From the human T2T-CHM13v2.0 reference genome, Homo sapiens: a DNA stretch of 64,000 nt. Made by a program: the position numbers and the translations under genes. The notes below the pieces were generated by a model. The model saw only the letters and a program-made list of their open reading frames with translations, did not search any database and was not told the origin of the DNA. Each line of letters begins with the position of its first letter. The first letter of the stretch is position 1. Below, piece by piece: positions 60,047 to 64,000 of the stretch. The stretch lies in NCBI RefSeq assembly GCF_009914755.1, contig NC_060941.1; one strand, 5' to 3'.

Positions 60047-60861
60047 ATCGATATTACAGATACACTTGAAATTTTCTTTGTTCCCATCCAAAATCTTATT
60101 TTCTGCCTTTCACTCCAGAGAAAACCACTATTCTATTGTTGATAGTATATTCCTATTCAGAATTTACACTTTTACCACATACAAACGTATTATTTTATGG
60201 TTAAAATTTACATATACATTGTGACATGCCATATATCTTCCAGCAACTGGCTTTTTATCATCACATTGCTTTTCTTCCCTAATTTACCCCATGAATTTAT
60301 TCATTTTAACTATTGCATAGGATTCACTACTAAAAAATAGCACAATTTACTTATCTATGCCTCCGTGGGTAGACCATTTCTAAGTTTCCCATATGACAAT
60401 GCACATATGCCCGTCTTCTTTTTTCTTTTCCATTTTTTTTTTTTAGATGGGGTCTCACACTATTGCCCAGGCTGGTCTTGAATTCCTGGGCTCAAGCAAT
60501 TCTCCCACATCAGCCTCCTGAGTGGCTGAAATTATCTTACATGTGTCTTCTTCCACCCATGTGCTACAGTTTCTCTAGAAGCTAAGCAGAAAGCAGAATG
60601 GCTGGGTCAGAGATGTGTGAATTTCGACTTTCCTGGATATGGGCTCACTATTTTCTGAATGTAATATAATACTACTGTATTCATTTTTCCCAACACTTGG
60701 AATTGTCAGAGTTTTACACTTTACACACTCCAAGATGAAAGATGTTAAATTTAATTTTATTTTTAATTTAGTTAAAGGTCTTTGCTTATTGGGCCATGCC
60801 AGTTTCCTATGACTTGCCTGTTCAAGTCTTTGGACCATTATCTTCTGCCGTATTGCTGGTC

Positions 60862-61199
<338 letters not shown>

Positions 61200-61609
61200 T
61201 AGGAAATCAATTCCTATCTTGATAGCATACACAAATTTTCCCTTTATTTTCCACTAAATTTTTTGACGTTTTGCTTTTCACAGTTAATCCTTTAGGAATT
61301 ATTTTTCTGTATAACTTCTCATATATAGATAACCAACTGTCCAATGACTCTGGGCTAAATAGTTCATCGTCTCCTTGCCTGTTTCTAAACCACCTCATGT
61401 CACACACCACTTTCTAAGAAATGCTTAACCTGTGTCTGGCCTTCCTAGTCGATTAGACCAAATATTGATTTCTTTGTCGGTCTCTAACTCACTATTACTC
61501 CGATGTTTGAATTATCACAGTAAACCTTTTTTGTACCTAATGAGACAAAAAGTACCTCACTTTCTTTCCTCAAATTGTCTTATCTCTCCTCTTTATTCTC
61601 CTAAATGAA

Positions 61610-61902
61610 TTTTTTTTTTTGAGTCAGAATTTTGCTCCTTCCCCCAGGCTGGAGTGCAGTGGTACAATCTCGGCTCACTGCAACCTCTGCCCCCGCAGTT
61701 TCAAGCAATTCTCTTGCCTCAGCCTCCCAAGTAGCTGGGATTACAGGTGTGCACCACCACGCCCAGCTAATTTTTGTATTTTTAGTAGAGATGGGGTTTT
61801 TCCATGTTGGCCAGGCTGGTCTCAAATGCCTGACCTCAGGTAATCCGCCTGCTTCGGCCTCCCAAAGTGCTGGGATTACAGATGTGAGCCACCGTGCCCA
61901 GT
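61610..61902 (-). mobile_element. AluS
   Basis: Dimer; TSD TCTCCTA(A/C)ATGAATTTTT. Confidence 0.92.
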
Positions 61903-62960
61903 CTCCTACATGAATTTTTGGATCAGTTTGTCAAACTCATGTTTAAAAGAAACTTGTATCTGGTTTGGGGTTGCATTACATTTAGAGAGTAATTGGAAGA
62001 GGACTGACATTTTCACAATATTGAGGCTTCCATTAACAATTTACCTCACCACCTTTTAAATATTTTTGTGCTTCACTAAAGTTTATTTTTTAAATCAATT
62101 TTGGATCTCTTATTAGAATTATTTCTAGATTCCTTAAAATTTTCTATGGCCATTTTAAAAAATAAATCTTTATTAAAATTATATTTTCTTGCACTGGAAA
62201 AAGGGTCTCTGGGAAAAAGTAAAAATGAATTCCATTTTCTAATTTAGTGTTTAAGTACAAGAATAGTATTGATTTTTGAAATACTTGTTTATAACAAACT
62301 TGCTGAAACATCAATTCCCTTGGGTTTTCTTTGTAGACAATATTTTCTATGAACTCTTATCTTTTTGTTCTTTTCTTTCCAATTCTTTTATGGCAAAATT
62401 CTTTCTAGTGTTCTTTTCAGAAATAGGACAACACTTCAAGGGTTTTTTAACAGAGTCTCAAATTAGTCTCCCTGCTTCGTGTGGATCTGTGGTCACACTG
62501 TATCAAGGGGCATAAAGACCTTATACCCAGCCATTAAGAACTAGCTAATGTCTGAATGGAGATCCCAAGGGGCCACCACAGCATCCTCTATGGCTCATGT
62601 TTCTTGTTCTGAGTTTTATTCTTGTTTCTCACACTAAGGTATTCCTATTTCTTTCTTTTAGGTATGGTTATGTGTTTTGGGTTTTTTTTTTCTTTACTTT
62701 GATATTTTTCTATAACTTCAATGTATTTTAACAGCAATGGGAACTGTCAACATCAACTTAGTCTGCCATGATGCCAAGAGCTCCACCTCTGAACTCACAT
62801 ATCCGTACCATATGAGCTAACCATGCTCTCTGCCTCTCCAGATTTACTGAACGATTTGACACCTGAGGTATTATGATTCTATTTGAAGAAGGGGGAGGGC
62901 ATCTCAAGAGAGAAAATCAAACTTCTTTAGGCGCAGAGATGAGAAAGTACATCATAATTA

Positions 62961-63636
62961 TGAAATGGCCTCCTTGTCTGGGGTAATACCCGAGGTTCCT
63001 TGCCTCACAGCCAAGGAAATCAAGGACGTGGATACACACAGAGTGAGGATAAGAGTGGAAGTTTAATAGGTGAAAGAAAGAGGATAGCTCTCTGCTGGAG
63101 AGAGGGTTCTTGGAGAAATGGGCTGCCGGATCTGCAGTGAAATGGAGGCAGGGGGTTAGACGCCTGGTGAGGAGGTAGAGTCTGATTTACATGGAGCAGG
63201 AAAGACTGGCTGGACCAGGTGTGTCATTAGCATAGGGTGTGAAAAACTGATTAGGACTAGATGTGCCATTTGCATAGGGCACGAATTTCTGGTAGCCCCC
63301 ACCCTAATCTTTAATTATGCAGGTAGGTTCTCCGTCTGGCCTGCACCACGTTGCCCATTCCCTTATTGTACACATGATAACAAAAAAAGGAAGATGGAGC
63401 CTCCATGTTGGATATGTCTGGCCCCCAGGTAGCCCTTCCCTATTGGCACAGCTGCCAGCCTTCCCCTGTGCAGGCTTCCGGCTTGCTTGTCTATGTCTGC
63501 AGCTCAATTTCTCAGGCTGCTCTTTGTTAGAAAAAAAGTAATTTATTCGGCTGCTTTTTGTTAAAAGGGAAGCTCTGCCAAAGACTCTTTTACTTTCACT
63601 ATCTGCCTAAATAATTTCTTTCTACCTCCTGTATCA
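62961..63636 (-). mobile_element. ERV1-class solo LTR (LTR9-like, tentative)
   Basis: TGATACAGGAGGTAGAAAG...TTTCA termini; ATTA/ATGA flanks; absent from the paralogous site near 44783. Confidence 0.75.
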
Positions 63637-64000
63637 ATGAGAAATGATAAAGATGATTAGACCTACATCCCTCATACCTAGCACATGATTCAAACATGTA
63701 CTACAAGAGATGCTGAGAAGTGAGGATTGAATTAATTACAGATCTAATATATTTTTGAGTCAATATCTCTTTAGAAAAATTAGTAAATGCTAGATATTCT
63801 GCAGAACTGTCACAAGTTGATCACAAAATGTAAAATGGCTTAAACAAAGTAAAGGTTTATTTCTCTCCTACATAATGGTTACAATAAATGTTTTTGTTTG
63901 GGGGAGGTTCTCCTGAGTGTGGAGTACTGGGGATACAGGTTCATTCCATCATGTGTCTCCATCATCCTGTTCAGCCTCCTCTCCATTTGCATCCAACTGG

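Overview
Primate (human-like) genomic DNA from an olfactory-receptor cluster. The OR proteins match OR1A2 and OR1P1 as I recall them, which points to the 17p13.3 cluster. Genes: intact OR1A2 (47790-48719, +) and OR1P1 (4147-5139, -), broken by one in-frame TAG. Sequence at about 57.5-64 kb is paralogous to the OR1A2 upstream region and probably belongs to the neighbouring OR1A gene (likely OR1A1), whose CDS lies beyond the window. Most of the rest is repeats: two young L1s head-to-head (1-3666 -, 26799-32829 +), older L1s, about 25 Alus, a Tigger1, a full MST MaLR and several solo LTRs. Most notable: (i) the two inverted L1s share the same ORF1 +1 frameshift and about 10 other non-consensus bases but differ at subfamily-diagnostic sites; (ii) the full-length L1 has a destroyed YY1 site, intact ORF0 and a 1228-aa ORF2; (iii) a candidate EBF-site promoter/first exon 8 kb upstream of OR1P1; (iv) two orphan polyadenylated retro-inserts and a 111-bp inverted templated insert inside an Alu; (v) an LTR cutting off the OR1A2 copy of the OR1A promoter block. 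No new gene system is demonstrated. Subfamily names and consensus comparisons are from memory; repeat boundaries were read by eye.
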